From an uncultured Fibrobacterota bacterium (GTDB taxonomy: Bacteria > Fibrobacterota > Chitinivibrionia > Chitinivibrionales > FEN-1185), in contig CAVWBU010000024.1 of NCBI GenBank assembly GCA_963753345.1, positions 224,001-288,000 on the forward strand: a stretch of 64,000 nucleotides of DNA. The letters run 5' to 3'. The notes beneath the pieces were generated by a model that made no database searches, was not told where the DNA came from, and was given only the letters and a program-made list of their open reading frames with translations. The position numbers were made by a program, and so were the translations under genes. Positions 48,790 to 58,382 of this stretch are shown one piece after another (position 1 is the first letter of the stretch; each line of letters starts with the position of its first letter).

Positions 48790-49974
48790 ATGGCCCCAGC
48801 GTCCGCCATCCGCCTCTGCCTCGTCGACGACGATGAGGACTATTTTGTCATCACCCGTGACCTTCTGGCCGACATCCCTTCGTATAAATTCGCGATTACT
48901 TGGATAAACACCTTTGAGCGCGCCCTCGAAGAGATACCCCGGTCGTCTTTTGATGTCCTCGTGTTCGACTACAACCTCGGCGCAAAAAACGGGCTCGATC
49001 TCCTGCGGCAGGTGCTTGCGGCCGGGCTGCGCGCGCCCGTGATCATGCTTACCGGCCAGGGAGACCACACCATCGACCTGGAAGCGATGAAGTCCGGCGC
49101 CGCCGACTATCTTGTCAAAGGAAAAGTCGACGCGGTGCAGCTCGAACGGTCCATCAGGTACTGCATGGACCGCTTCGCGACCATGGAACAGCTCCGCGCC
49201 TCCCGCGACTCGCTCCGCCGGACCACGCAGCAGCTCGAAGCCGCGCTTGCAAAAATCAACGAGGAGCTCGAGACCGCCCGGCGCGTGCAGAAATCACTGC
49301 TGCCGCAGACCGTCGACACCTTTCGGGGCGTCGAATTTTCCGGCGTGTATCTGCCGAGCGGCATGGTCGGCGGCGATATGTACGACGTCGTCAGAATCGA
49401 CGACACGCACGTTGCGTTCCTCATCATCGACGTGTGCGGCCACGGCGTTCCTGCGGCGCTCATCACCGCCATGGCCAAAATCTCCTTTTCACGGTGCATC
49501 CTCAAGGATATTTCGCCAAAGTCAATTTTTGCCCAGGTGAACGCCGAGCTGTTCCGCTACATGCCCGAGGGAAGGTACGTGACCGCGTTTCTCGCCATTG
49601 TGGACCTCGAAAAGAAGGAACTGGCATTTTCCCGCGCCGGCCACCCACCCGCCCTGCTCGCCCGCGGCCCCGAAGTCGAGTACCTTTCCACCGGCGCTCC
49701 GCTCGTCGGCTGCTTCGCCGACAGCCAGTTCGAGGAGGCGACCACGCCCGTCGCGCCGGGCGACACCATCGCGCTCTACACCGACGGCATCGTGGAAAGC
49801 GTAAACGGTTCGAACGAACGCTATCCCATGTTGACACTGGAGAACATCATGCGCGGCGCCCGGGAAAAACCCGCGGCCGAGGTGAGCGCGGCGATAATCG
49901 ACTCCCTCAAAAAATTTACGGGGCCGGTCGCGCAGGACGATGATGTGACGGTGCTGGTGGTGAAGATTTTGTAG
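48790..49974 (+). CDS. Receiver domain fused to a PP2C/SpoIIE (RsbU-type) phosphatase
   Basis: VDDDED receiver, then VGGDMYD, DVCGHGVPAAL, AGHPP, YTDGI, DDVT. Confidence 0.92.
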   Translation: MAPASAIRLCLVDDDEDYFVITRDLLADIPSYKFAITWINTFERALEEIPRSSFDVLVFDYNLGAKNGLDLLRQVLAAGLRAPVIMLTGQGDHTIDLEAMKSGAADYLVKGKVDAVQLERSIRYCMDRFATMEQLRASRDSLRRTTQQLEAALAKINEELETARRVQKSLLPQTVDTFRGVEFSGVYLPSGMVGGDMYDVVRIDDTHVAFLIIDVCGHGVPAALITAMAKISFSRCILKDISPKSIFAQVNAELFRYMPEGRYVTAFLAIVDLEKKELAFSRAGHPPALLARGPEVEYLSTGAPLVGCFADSQFEEATTPVAPGDTIALYTDGIVESVNGSNERYPMLTLENIMRGAREKPAAEVSAAIIDSLKKFTGPVAQDDDVTVLVVKIL

Positions 49975-50207
49975 GGGTATTCCTTGATGTAAAGCAAGAA
50001 GAGATATTGGAAAATGAGGGGCGGTTTGCGGAGATTGGGGCGGGAAACGATGCGGCGGTACGGCGGCGGAGATTCTGCATTCCGCAAGGTTCTACATCAA
50101 ACAACCTCTCAAAAACCCGCTATGCGTGCAACGATTACTGCCATCATCAATTGCGGTATCTGGTCTCTTATCTCGCCCTTTCCGCAGGAACACGGCAGCC
50201 AGCTTCA

Positions 50208-51443
50208 TCACGTATGATACTCCGCATTTATCCGGATATAATCGTACGTCAAATCGCAGGTATGCACCACTGCGCATTCTTTCCCCGTTCCAAGGTCTAT
50301 GTCGATTCGCACCACATCCGCGCGCATTTTCCTGCTGAGGTCCCCGGCATTAAAGGTAACGGGCCTGCCGTTTCTGAACACGCGCCTGCCGCACAGCGAC
50401 ACCGCAAGACGTTTCTGCGAAAAGGGTGCGCCGGAATACCCGACCGCGCACACGATGCGGCCCCAGTTGGGATCGTTGCCGAACAGCGCGGTCTTTACAA
50501 GATTGGAATTCGCAACCGCCTTGGCCGCTTTTTTCGCGTCCGCTTGCGTTGCCGCCCCGGACACGCATATTTCCACGCGCTTGGTGGCGCCCTCGCCGTC
50601 CGCCGCGATTTTCCTGCACAATGCATCGCTCACCAGGCGCAGGGACTCCTGAAACACGCTCGCCTGCCAGGCGCTCGTTACGGCCGATCCGGAAATGCCG
50701 TTTGCCAGCACGAGCACCATGTCGTTGGTCGAGGTGTCTCCGTCAACCGTCAGGTTGTTGAACGTCGTGTTAACGACCTTCTTGACAATTGTGTTGAGCA
50801 GCGTACGGTTGACGGCTGCGTCCGTCGTTATAAAGCAGAGCATGGTCGCCATGTCCGGGTGAATCATGCCCGATCCCTTTGCGCAGCCGCCGATCACATA
50901 GCGTCCGGCAGGAGTTTCAACCGAAACTGCGGCTTCTTTCCTTTTCGTATCCGTGGTGAGGATTGCGTCCGCAAACGCTCGGCCGCCCTGCGCGGAGGAA
51001 TCGATGCGACGGTAAAGAAGGGGAATGTTCTTTTCTATGAGACCCATGGGCAGAGCATGGCCGATGACGCCGGTGGACGCCACGAGCACCGATTGCGGCT
51101 TTGCGCCGGCCCGTTGCCCGACCAGCTCGGCAATCCTCTTTGTGTCCCGTTCGCCTTTGCCGCCGGTGCACGCATTGGCATTCCCGCTGTTCGCAAACAC
51201 GGCGCGCACCTGCGCGCTCGGGAGGATTCCTTCGCACCAGTCAACCGACGAGGCCCGCACCGCGTTCGTGGTAAACGCCCCCGCCGCGCTGCAAGGGGCC
51301 TCGCTTATCAGCAGACCGCAGTCCGGCCCCTTTGACATTTTGATGCCCGCGGCCGCCGCTGATGCGCAATACCCCTGCGCCGCCGTAATGCCGCCCGAAA
51401 CTTCGCGCACCCTTGCGTTCTCCAACAGCCTTGTCTTTCCCAT
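50208..51443 (-). CDS. argJ: Bifunctional ornithine acetyltransferase/N-acetylglutamate synthase
   Basis: NSGNANACTG, ASTGVIG, KGSGMIHPDMATML, DGDTSTND, DGEGATK, DPNWGRI, INAEYHT. Confidence 0.97.
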   Translation of the reverse strand: MGKTRLLENARVREVSGGITAAQGYCASAAAAGIKMSKGPDCGLLISEAPCSAAGAFTTNAVRASSVDWCEGILPSAQVRAVFANSGNANACTGGKGERDTKRIAELVGQRAGAKPQSVLVASTGVIGHALPMGLIEKNIPLLYRRIDSSAQGGRAFADAILTTDTKRKEAAVSVETPAGRYVIGGCAKGSGMIHPDMATMLCFITTDAAVNRTLLNTIVKKVVNTTFNNLTVDGDTSTNDMVLVLANGISGSAVTSAWQASVFQESLRLVSDALCRKIAADGEGATKRVEICVSGAATQADAKKAAKAVANSNLVKTALFGNDPNWGRIVCAVGYSGAPFSQKRLAVSLCGRRVFRNGRPVTFNAGDLSRKMRADVVRIDIDLGTGKECAVVHTCDLTYDYIRINAEYHT

Positions 51444-51551
51444 GTTTTCTCCATCTGCTTTTCACATCGTATTGACTGAGTGGGAGCATATAATATATTA
51501 TGAATACGGCGACCATGCCAAAATACAAGAACTGAAGAATTTGAAAAGGAC

Positions 51552-52709
51552 TTGCTCTTGAAAAATCCCATCGCGGCAATCCTCACGGTATTTCTGATTC
51601 TGTCAACAACCGCGGGGCAGACCGGCGAGCAAACCTATGTCATCAAGAAGGGCGACACCCTCTGGGACCTTGCCTTTAAATTTCTCGGCGATCCTTTCAA
51701 GTGGTCTCAACTCTGGCACCAGAACCAGTATATTTCCAATCCCAATCTGATCTACCCGGGAAAATCTCTTATCATCGGCGGCAGCAGCGGACAGGACGCC
51801 CAAACAGGCATGGCAGGGGAAAACGGTGCACCTGCTGCTTCATCTTCGCCTGCGTCATCCCGGCAGGACGAGTTCTCCTCCGAGACAAAACAGGCATTGG
51901 CGCAATCCGAACAGCCGACTTCTTCGCAGTCCCTGGAAACCAGGGGCGCGAAAAAGGTCGAGGCCGACGCGTACGATTCTCTGTTCAAGGCCGCGATGCA
52001 TAGAAACAAGCACTTCACCTCTGATTTCCTTGAGAAAGTTGCATTTCTCTGGGACAAAAAAGATGAAAAAGGACTTGTATACCCCGGAAACGCCTCCCTG
52101 CAGAAAATGGCGAACCCAAAAGAATTGCTCACCAGGTACGAACGGGAGACGTATCAGCACTACGAGGAAGTTCTCATCGAGCCCATTTCAAAGACGCACT
52201 ACCGCCCGGGCGACACGGTCGATATCTTTCATTCCGAGGGGATCATGAAATACAGGGGAAACCCCGTGAATCTGGTCCACCGTGTTGCCAGAGGCTGCAT
52301 TCAATCCGTAGGTGACAAAAAGACAAGCGCCATCCTCTTCAAAATATGGGACATAGTACAAAACGGGGACAGAGTCGATACTGTGGCCCATTTCGCCAAC
52401 CTCGAGCTGGACACGCTTGTGGACCCGAACACTTCCATTAAGGGAACCGTTTTTCTGCGTGTTGAAAACACCGACCTTCCGTACCTATTTCAAACCTTTA
52501 TTCTCGACAAAGGCTCAAAGGACGGCGTGATGATCGGCGATGTGTTTGCGGTCCATGCAAAGAACGATCCCATTTTCGACAGACCTTCTGCCGTTGCCTG
52601 CGCGGTGCGCGTCGACGAGACCTCAAGCACGCTGGCCCTGGAGAAACTCGTAAGTTCGATCGGCGCCGGCGACACGGTTTCCCTCGTGAAGCGGATCCGG
52701 TTCAAATAG
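51552..52709 (+). CDS. Secreted LysM peptidoglycan-binding protein
   Basis: Signal peptide followed by YVIKKGDTLWDLA...NPNLIYPG. Confidence 0.88.
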   Translation: MLLKNPIAAILTVFLILSTTAGQTGEQTYVIKKGDTLWDLAFKFLGDPFKWSQLWHQNQYISNPNLIYPGKSLIIGGSSGQDAQTGMAGENGAPAASSSPASSRQDEFSSETKQALAQSEQPTSSQSLETRGAKKVEADAYDSLFKAAMHRNKHFTSDFLEKVAFLWDKKDEKGLVYPGNASLQKMANPKELLTRYERETYQHYEEVLIEPISKTHYRPGDTVDIFHSEGIMKYRGNPVNLVHRVARGCIQSVGDKKTSAILFKIWDIVQNGDRVDTVAHFANLELDTLVDPNTSIKGTVFLRVENTDLPYLFQTFILDKGSKDGVMIGDVFAVHAKNDPIFDRPSAVACAVRVDETSSTLALEKLVSSIGAGDTVSLVKRIRFK

Positions 52710-52716
52710 AAAACAG

Positions 52717-52941
52717 GTGGGAATAGTGGCCAGATTCTTTCTCCGTCTCGGCGGAGTGCTGTTTTTCAACAAACACCGCAAGAGTGTCCGCAGCAGCGTT
52801 ATTCTTCTGCTCACGAACCTTCTTCTTTTGGCCGGCATCATCTTTACCGTTGAAATAGTCCTCATTTTTCTGGGCATCGGGAATGTGTTCGTGCCCATGA
52901 CCAGCGCCGCGTGGGATTTTCTCACCAAGCTTGTATATTGA
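52717..52941 (+). CDS. Small membrane protein, hypothetical
   Basis: 74-aa hydrophobic ORF directly after the LysM gene. Confidence 0.5.
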   Translation: MGIVARFFLRLGGVLFFNKHRKSVRSSVILLLTNLLLLAGIIFTVEIVLIFLGIGNVFVPMTSAAWDFLTKLVY

Positions 52942-53172
52942 CGTCCGCGCATCTGCGCTCATCCGATTTTTTTCCGCTTCGACATCCTCGCACTTCGGCA
53001 GCCCCGCTCGACATGAATCCAAGGCAGCCTTCGTGGCTGACTGATTGCACTTTTTACGGATAGAAACTATTTTGGAAACAGGTTCAAGAGCCCGGCGTCC
53101 TGGGCAGTGGGCTTTGCACGTGAGCGTCGAAAACCAAACAATCCCGTCACCCGCACTGCGAGGGAAATATCC

Positions 53173-54438
53173 ATGACTTCATACCGTTCATCCGTAGGCT
53201 ATCCCAATGTTCTCGGAATGATCATGGCCGGAGGCGAAGGGTCCAGGCTCCACCCGCTCACCAACGAACGTGCGAAACCGGCCGTATATTTCGGCGGCAA
53301 GTACAGGATTGTCGACTTTGTCCTCAACAACTTCATCAATTCCGGGATTTTCAAGATAAAAGTCCTTACCCAGTTCAAGTCGGATTCACTCATCAAGCAC
53401 CTTACGACCGGATGGAACCTCAACCGAATGCTTGGCCAGTACATCGACCCGGTTCCCGCGCAAATGCGAACCGGCAAGAATTGGTATATGGGCACCGCGG
53501 ACGCAATATTCCAGAACTTCAACCTCATCGAGGATGAAAATCCGGACTACATCGCGGTGTTCGGCGCCGATCACATTTACAAAATGGATATTTCCCAGAT
53601 GCTCGATTTTCACCGGCGCGCAGGCGCCGTGGCAACCGTGGTTGCAATTCCGAAACCCGTTGAGGAAGCTTCGGCCTTCGGCATCATAGAAATCGATACC
53701 GACGGCCGGATGATCGGGTTCGAGGAGAAACCCAAGAATCCCAGAACCATTCCCGGCAACTCCGGGATGGTCCTGGTGTCCATGGGAAACTACATTTTCA
53801 ACAGGAAGTTTCTCGTTCGCGAACTGTTCAACGATGCCTCGCTTAGCGGCTCCTCTCACGACTTCGGCAAAGACGTAATTCCAAAAATCTTCCACAACTA
53901 TCCGATCTATGTGTGGGACTTCTCCAACAACCGGATTCCCGGAGAGACGCCGCAGCAGAACATTTACTGGAAGGACGTGGGCAGCATAGACGCCTATTAT
54001 GAGGCAAATATGACCCTTCGGGATGTGGTTCCTGAGATAAATCTCTACAACGAGGCATGGCCCATCCGCACCGCTCCAGGCCAATCGCCGCCCGCAAAAT
54101 TCGTCTTTTCCGGGGAGCCACCCGAAAAACGAAAAGGCGAAGCACTCGACTCTATTCTGAGCGGAGGCTGCATCGTAAGCGGCGGCAGGGTCATCCGCTC
54201 TGTCCTGTCGCGCGGTGTGCGGGTTCACAGCCTGGCCGTCGTCGAGGACTCAATTATCTTCCCGGACGTGCAGGTCAGCGAAAAAGCCCATATCCGGCGT
54301 ACCATCATCGACCGCGGCGTCCAGATTATGCCGGGTGAGAGGATAGGGTTCAATATCGAGGAAGACCGCAAGCGTTTCACGGTGAGCGAATCAGGCATTG
54401 TGGTCATAAGTCAACCGTCAAAAAACATCCTTCCGTAG
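53173..54438 (+). CDS. glgC: Glucose-1-phosphate adenylyltransferase
   Basis: MAGGEGSRLHPLT..RAKPAVYFGGKYR, WYMGTADA, DHIYKMD, FEEKP, SMGNY, HDFGKD, YWKDVG. Confidence 0.97.
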   Translation: MTSYRSSVGYPNVLGMIMAGGEGSRLHPLTNERAKPAVYFGGKYRIVDFVLNNFINSGIFKIKVLTQFKSDSLIKHLTTGWNLNRMLGQYIDPVPAQMRTGKNWYMGTADAIFQNFNLIEDENPDYIAVFGADHIYKMDISQMLDFHRRAGAVATVVAIPKPVEEASAFGIIEIDTDGRMIGFEEKPKNPRTIPGNSGMVLVSMGNYIFNRKFLVRELFNDASLSGSSHDFGKDVIPKIFHNYPIYVWDFSNNRIPGETPQQNIYWKDVGSIDAYYEANMTLRDVVPEINLYNEAWPIRTAPGQSPPAKFVFSGEPPEKRKGEALDSILSGGCIVSGGRVIRSVLSRGVRVHSLAVVEDSIIFPDVQVSEKAHIRRTIIDRGVQIMPGERIGFNIEEDRKRFTVSESGIVVISQPSKNILP

Positions 54439-54571
54439 GCATGCATTGATGTAATTTTGGCAAGGCAAAATTCCTCGCGCACTTAATCGTATTGTGGACG
54501 GAAAGGATTATGATGAGTGTTTGGAAATCAAGAGGTTAATCGTTTAAACGCGTGCCTCTTGCACGTGTTTA

Positions 54572-54580
54572 TGGTATAAT
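54572..54580 (+). promoter_or_regulatory. Extended -10 promoter element (TGnTATAAT)
   Basis: TGGTATAAT lies about 40 nt upstream of the sigma-factor ATG. Confidence 0.5.
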
Positions 54581-54619
54581 TTGTGGGGTGCAGCTAACTT
54601 ATAACAGCAATTCTTTATT

Positions 54620-55459
54620 ATGCCGACAAGAACTGAATCGCTTTATTTCCGGGACATCAACCGCTTCCGCATCCTTTCGGAAGAGGAAGAGCGGGAAGTC
54701 ATTAGTGCTGTTCAGAAAAACAAGAACGGCGCCATTTCGACCCTCATAACCAGCAACCTCAGGTTTGTCGTAAGCGTGGCCCGGCGCTACCGGGGGAGAG
54801 GGCTGAGTTTTCTCGAACTTATCAACGAAGGCAACATCGGCCTTCTCAAGGCCGCCAAGCGCTTTGACCTTGAAAATAAGGTGAAGTTCATCTCCTATGC
54901 CGTCTGGTGGATCCGCCAGTCCATCCAGAAAGCCCTGTTCGAACAGACCGGAACGGTCCGGATCCCGCCCAACAAGATTGCTCTCCTTTCGAAATTCAAG
55001 AAGGCGCTTGACAGAAATTCCGGCGACTACCTGCGCACCATCGACATGACGGATTTCAAGGACCACGAGCAGGACATCATCGATGTCATGGACAAGCTCA
55101 GGGGGATCTCGCTTGACGCGCCGGTAGGCAGCGGCAACCAGTCCGCGGAAGGCGACTCCACCAAGACGCTGCAAGATATTCTGGGTGAAGATCCGAGCCA
55201 GGACAGCGAAAGCGAACGCCGAGAACTCGGCAAGGTGCTCGACAACGTGCTCCAGAATATCACCAGCAGGGAGGAGCGGATCCTCCGGATGTACTACGGA
55301 CTCAATTTCTCAAAGCAATTCACGCTCGAGGAGATCGGCAAGGAACTCAAGCTCACCCGCGAGCGTGTTCGGCTCATCCGCGACCGATCACTCAGGAAAC
55401 TTTTCAGAAATCCCGCGTCCCGCGCAAAGCTTTCCTTGTTTATTCAGGCCCGCAAGTAG
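54620..55459 (+). CDS. RNA polymerase sigma70 factor, RpoD/SigA family, lacking region 1.1
   Basis: SNLRFVVSVARRY, LINEGNIGL, KFISYAVWWIRQSI, ISLDAP, FTLEEIG..L.LTRERVR. Confidence 0.93.
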   Translation: MPTRTESLYFRDINRFRILSEEEEREVISAVQKNKNGAISTLITSNLRFVVSVARRYRGRGLSFLELINEGNIGLLKAAKRFDLENKVKFISYAVWWIRQSIQKALFEQTGTVRIPPNKIALLSKFKKALDRNSGDYLRTIDMTDFKDHEQDIIDVMDKLRGISLDAPVGSGNQSAEGDSTKTLQDILGEDPSQDSESERRELGKVLDNVLQNITSREERILRMYYGLNFSKQFTLEEIGKELKLTRERVRLIRDRSLRKLFRNPASRAKLSLFIQARK

Positions 55460-55671
55460 CCCTTGGCCGCAGCTTCGCTTTTTCGGCGTCCCTCAATTTT
55501 TTCTTGGAGAACGCACGTCGGGAATGCATATTGTATGACATGCGGGAATTCCTTCCCTGTCCGGGGAAAGCGCCGACCCCGTCTGCTCCGAGCGCTGCTT
55601 CCGCCGACCCGGACATTGCAAACGCCGTTTTATAGAATCAGCGGTTTCATGTCAACCAACCGGATGCGGCC

Positions 55672-56106
55672 ATGTTCTTCTGGAAACACAAGATAATTTC
55701 ACTTCTTGTTATTGCGGGGATAGCTTATTTCTTTGTCAATCCCCCCCACAAGTTCGGTCTTGCAACCGGCAACTTCGTTGTGTTCAACCGCATTCCGATA
55801 ACCGGGCTCGACCTCTTCATCGATTTCGATGGCGTAGTGAGGCCCATGATGAACCTCGGCGGAACCGACAATCGCAGAGAGTGGACGAAGTCCATTCTCG
55901 AAACACCGCCCGAAGAGGACATGCTTCTCATTGTCGGAACGGGGTTCGGTGCGGCATCATTTCAGTTGAGCGATTCTCTCGTTATGCTGCTCAACACCAG
56001 AAACATTCGCAGTAGCCAGGTCCCGTCCGCCCAGGCGGTACAGCAGTATAACGCCGCCCTCGACCAGAAAAAGAAGGTCGCCCTTCTTCTAACGATAAAG
56101 AAATAA
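55672..56106 (+). CDS. Mth938-like domain protein with N-terminal membrane anchor
   Basis: LLIVGTG and AVQQYNA...KKVALLL resemble the Mth938/DUF498 fold, preceded by a TM segment. Confidence 0.5.
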   Translation: MFFWKHKIISLLVIAGIAYFFVNPPHKFGLATGNFVVFNRIPITGLDLFIDFDGVVRPMMNLGGTDNRREWTKSILETPPEEDMLLIVGTGFGAASFQLSDSLVMLLNTRNIRSSQVPSAQAVQQYNAALDQKKKVALLLTIKK

Positions 56107-56278
56107 ACGTGATGTGACGGCGGTCACAGCCGGGCGAAAGCTGCGCGTTTTATCTTCTTTTGTACTGTGTTCGCGGCAAGCCCTTTGCCATCCAAAAAAT
56201 GTGCCGCGCAAGGGCGATTACTATATTCTTGTTTTCCGTTCGGCCACCCGACCATGCCATTGCACAAGGAGACGTCCT

Positions 56279-57793
56279 ATTTCCGAGCTTCTTGACATTA
56301 TCGTAAAACCCGTTCCGGGCGACGCCCCCATGGGCGCCAATATCAACTACGATGCCGATTTCGACGCCTGCAAGGGTGAAATCGGCAAGATCGGCAACAT
56401 AGATTACGGGGTTGTCGAGACATCGTGCAGGAAACTCCTTGCCAAAAAATCCAAGGACATGCGGCTTCTTTGCTTTCTAGGCTTCACGTATCTTCGAAGC
56501 GCAAAATGGGAATTCCTCGCTGATGTGTTTGAAGGGTTTGTCAAGCTTTGCACGCAAAACTTCGACGCGATGTTTCCCGACCGGGAACGCGCAAAATTTA
56601 ATGCGATAAAATGGCTTTCCGAGCCGCGCTTCAACGAAACCGCGGCCGCCCAGAAACCGGACGAGGCGGATTATCCGCATGTTGCCCGGCTGCTTGAAAA
56701 CCTGACATCCCTCAAAGGCTTTCTCCAGGAGAAATTTCCCGAAGGCTCGCCGTTCCCTTCCGGCTTCCATACTGCGGTTCAGAATTGGGAAAAGGCATGC
56801 AAGCCCAAGCCGAAGCCCGATGCCGCAGCCGCTGCTGCGGGCGGAACCGCCGCGGCAGAGGCGATGGATACGCCGAAGCAGGCCCAGCTTTCGGCCAGGA
56901 AAGCCGCGTACTTTCTTATCGAGAAGGAGCCCCAACGGCCCATGGGTTTCAGGCTCATGCGTTCCATCCGCTGGGATATTTTTGATAAGGTCCCGCCGAA
57001 CGAAAATGGAAAGACCCAGCTGGCGCCGCCGGCGGCGGAGCTCATTGCGGCGCTTGGGGCAATGATTGCGAACAAGGAATTCAAACCAGCGCTTGATAAA
57101 ACGGAAGTCGCCTTCACAACCGGCGCCAACCATCTGTGGCTGGGGCTCCAGCGGATCGGCGTGGAGGCGTGCCGGGGCCTCGGCGAATCCTACAGGGCCG
57201 TGGAACAGGCCATTGTGTACGAAACGGGTTTTTTCGTCAAACGGCTGCCCGACATCGCCAAACTTTCCTTTTCCGACGGCTCGCCCTTCTGCGACGACGC
57301 GACCAGGGAATGGCTTTCAAAACAGGTGCTGCCACTTCTCTCATCCGGAGGCACCCCGGGAGCGACAAAGGATACGGAGGCCTCCGCCGGCGATAGAGTT
57401 GAAGCCGAAAAGAAACAGGTGTCAACGCTCAGCGCATCGGGAAAGACGGAAGCGGCGCTGGATCTTCTGCAGAATGCCATCCGCAACTCGTCGAATGAAC
57501 GGGACAATTTCAGACGGTCCATCATCATGTGCAACATGCTGGCGACCGCGAAGCAGCCGGACATCGCCCTTTCGATCCTCGAATCCCTCGACGGAAAGAT
57601 CCAGCTGTATCATCTTGATAAATGGGACCCTGACCTCGCCGTTGACGCATGGAGCATCATGGTCAAGGTTCTCAAAGTCGCGCGGGCGAACAAGCCCGCT
57701 CCGCTTCAGGCAGGCATGACCGAGAAACAAAACACTATATTAAGTAAGATCAGTCAAATCGATCCCAAGAAAGCGTTTTCACTCACCTCATAA
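56279..57793 (+). CDS. tssA: Type VI secretion protein TssA (ImpA_N plus VasJ-like domain)
   Basis: PMGANINYDADFD, LLAKKSKDMRL, RLMRSIRW..PP..GKTQL, HLWLGLQ, LSFSDGSPF, LDKWDP. The start is placed at an ATT codon 7 nt after AAGGAG. Confidence 0.85.
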   Translation: MSELLDIIVKPVPGDAPMGANINYDADFDACKGEIGKIGNIDYGVVETSCRKLLAKKSKDMRLLCFLGFTYLRSAKWEFLADVFEGFVKLCTQNFDAMFPDRERAKFNAIKWLSEPRFNETAAAQKPDEADYPHVARLLENLTSLKGFLQEKFPEGSPFPSGFHTAVQNWEKACKPKPKPDAAAAAAGGTAAAEAMDTPKQAQLSARKAAYFLIEKEPQRPMGFRLMRSIRWDIFDKVPPNENGKTQLAPPAAELIAALGAMIANKEFKPALDKTEVAFTTGANHLWLGLQRIGVEACRGLGESYRAVEQAIVYETGFFVKRLPDIAKLSFSDGSPFCDDATREWLSKQVLPLLSSGGTPGATKDTEASAGDRVEAEKKQVSTLSASGKTEAALDLLQNAIRNSSNERDNFRRSIIMCNMLATAKQPDIALSILESLDGKIQLYHLDKWDPDLAVDAWSIMVKVLKVARANKPAPLQAGMTEKQNTILSKISQIDPKKAFSLTS

Positions 57794-57818
57794 TCACCTT
57801 CAGGAAAGGTAGGTTTGT

Positions 57819-58331
57819 ATGGCTGGCAGTTTCCAAAACGAAATACCCCCTGCCCGTATCAACCTCAAGCTCGACGTGGGCAAGGGCGGAGCCAAGAAGA
57901 AGATCGAATTGCCTCTCAAGACGCTCGTGGTAGGAGACTTCTCCTTCAAGAAACGCGGCGAACGCGTTTCCGACCGGGAAAAGATCAGCATCAACAAGGA
58001 GAACTTCACGCAGGTGATGGGAAGCATGGACCTGCAATTGAACTACAACGTCGAGAACAAACTCACCGGCGCCGGCGACCTCAAGGTTGACCTGAAAGTC
58101 AAGAACATGGACTCGTTCAAGCCCGAAAACGTCGCCAAGAGCATCCCCGCGCTGTCCAAAATGCTTGCAGCCCGAAACCTTCTGAAGGACCTGAAATCGA
58201 ACCTGCTTGACAACAGGGAATTCCGCAAGCGCCTCGAGGAAATCATCAAGGACCCTGGCGCCATGAAGTCCCTGCAGGACGAACTCAAAAAAATCGTGGC
58301 CGAGGAACAGAAAGCGGAAGAAAAGAAATAG
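57819..58331 (+). CDS. tssB: Type VI secretion contractile sheath small subunit
   Basis: SFQNEIPPARINL, KKIELPLK, GDFS, F.PENVA, ARNLLKDLKSNL. Confidence 0.95.
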   Translation: MAGSFQNEIPPARINLKLDVGKGGAKKKIELPLKTLVVGDFSFKKRGERVSDREKISINKENFTQVMGSMDLQLNYNVENKLTGAGDLKVDLKVKNMDSFKPENVAKSIPALSKMLAARNLLKDLKSNLLDNREFRKRLEEIIKDPGAMKSLQDELKKIVAEEQKAEEKK

Positions 58332-58382
58332 GGCGCGACCTTTCATTACCACCGATCACCACCAAAACGAGGAGCTTTCATT

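Noticed and set aside
47149-49974. Kinase-regulator-PP2C trio as a novel system
   Set aside because: This is a common Cph1/Rcp1-like signalling arrangement, and I saw nothing unusual.
53085-53118. Hairpin AGAGCCC...GGGCTTT upstream of glgC as a riboswitch
   Set aside because: It is a single modest stem with no recognisable aptamer consensus.
56114-56278. N-terminal 55 aa of TssA given in the ORF track
   Set aside because: It looks non-homologous and spans the likely promoter and RBS. The start is better placed at 56279.
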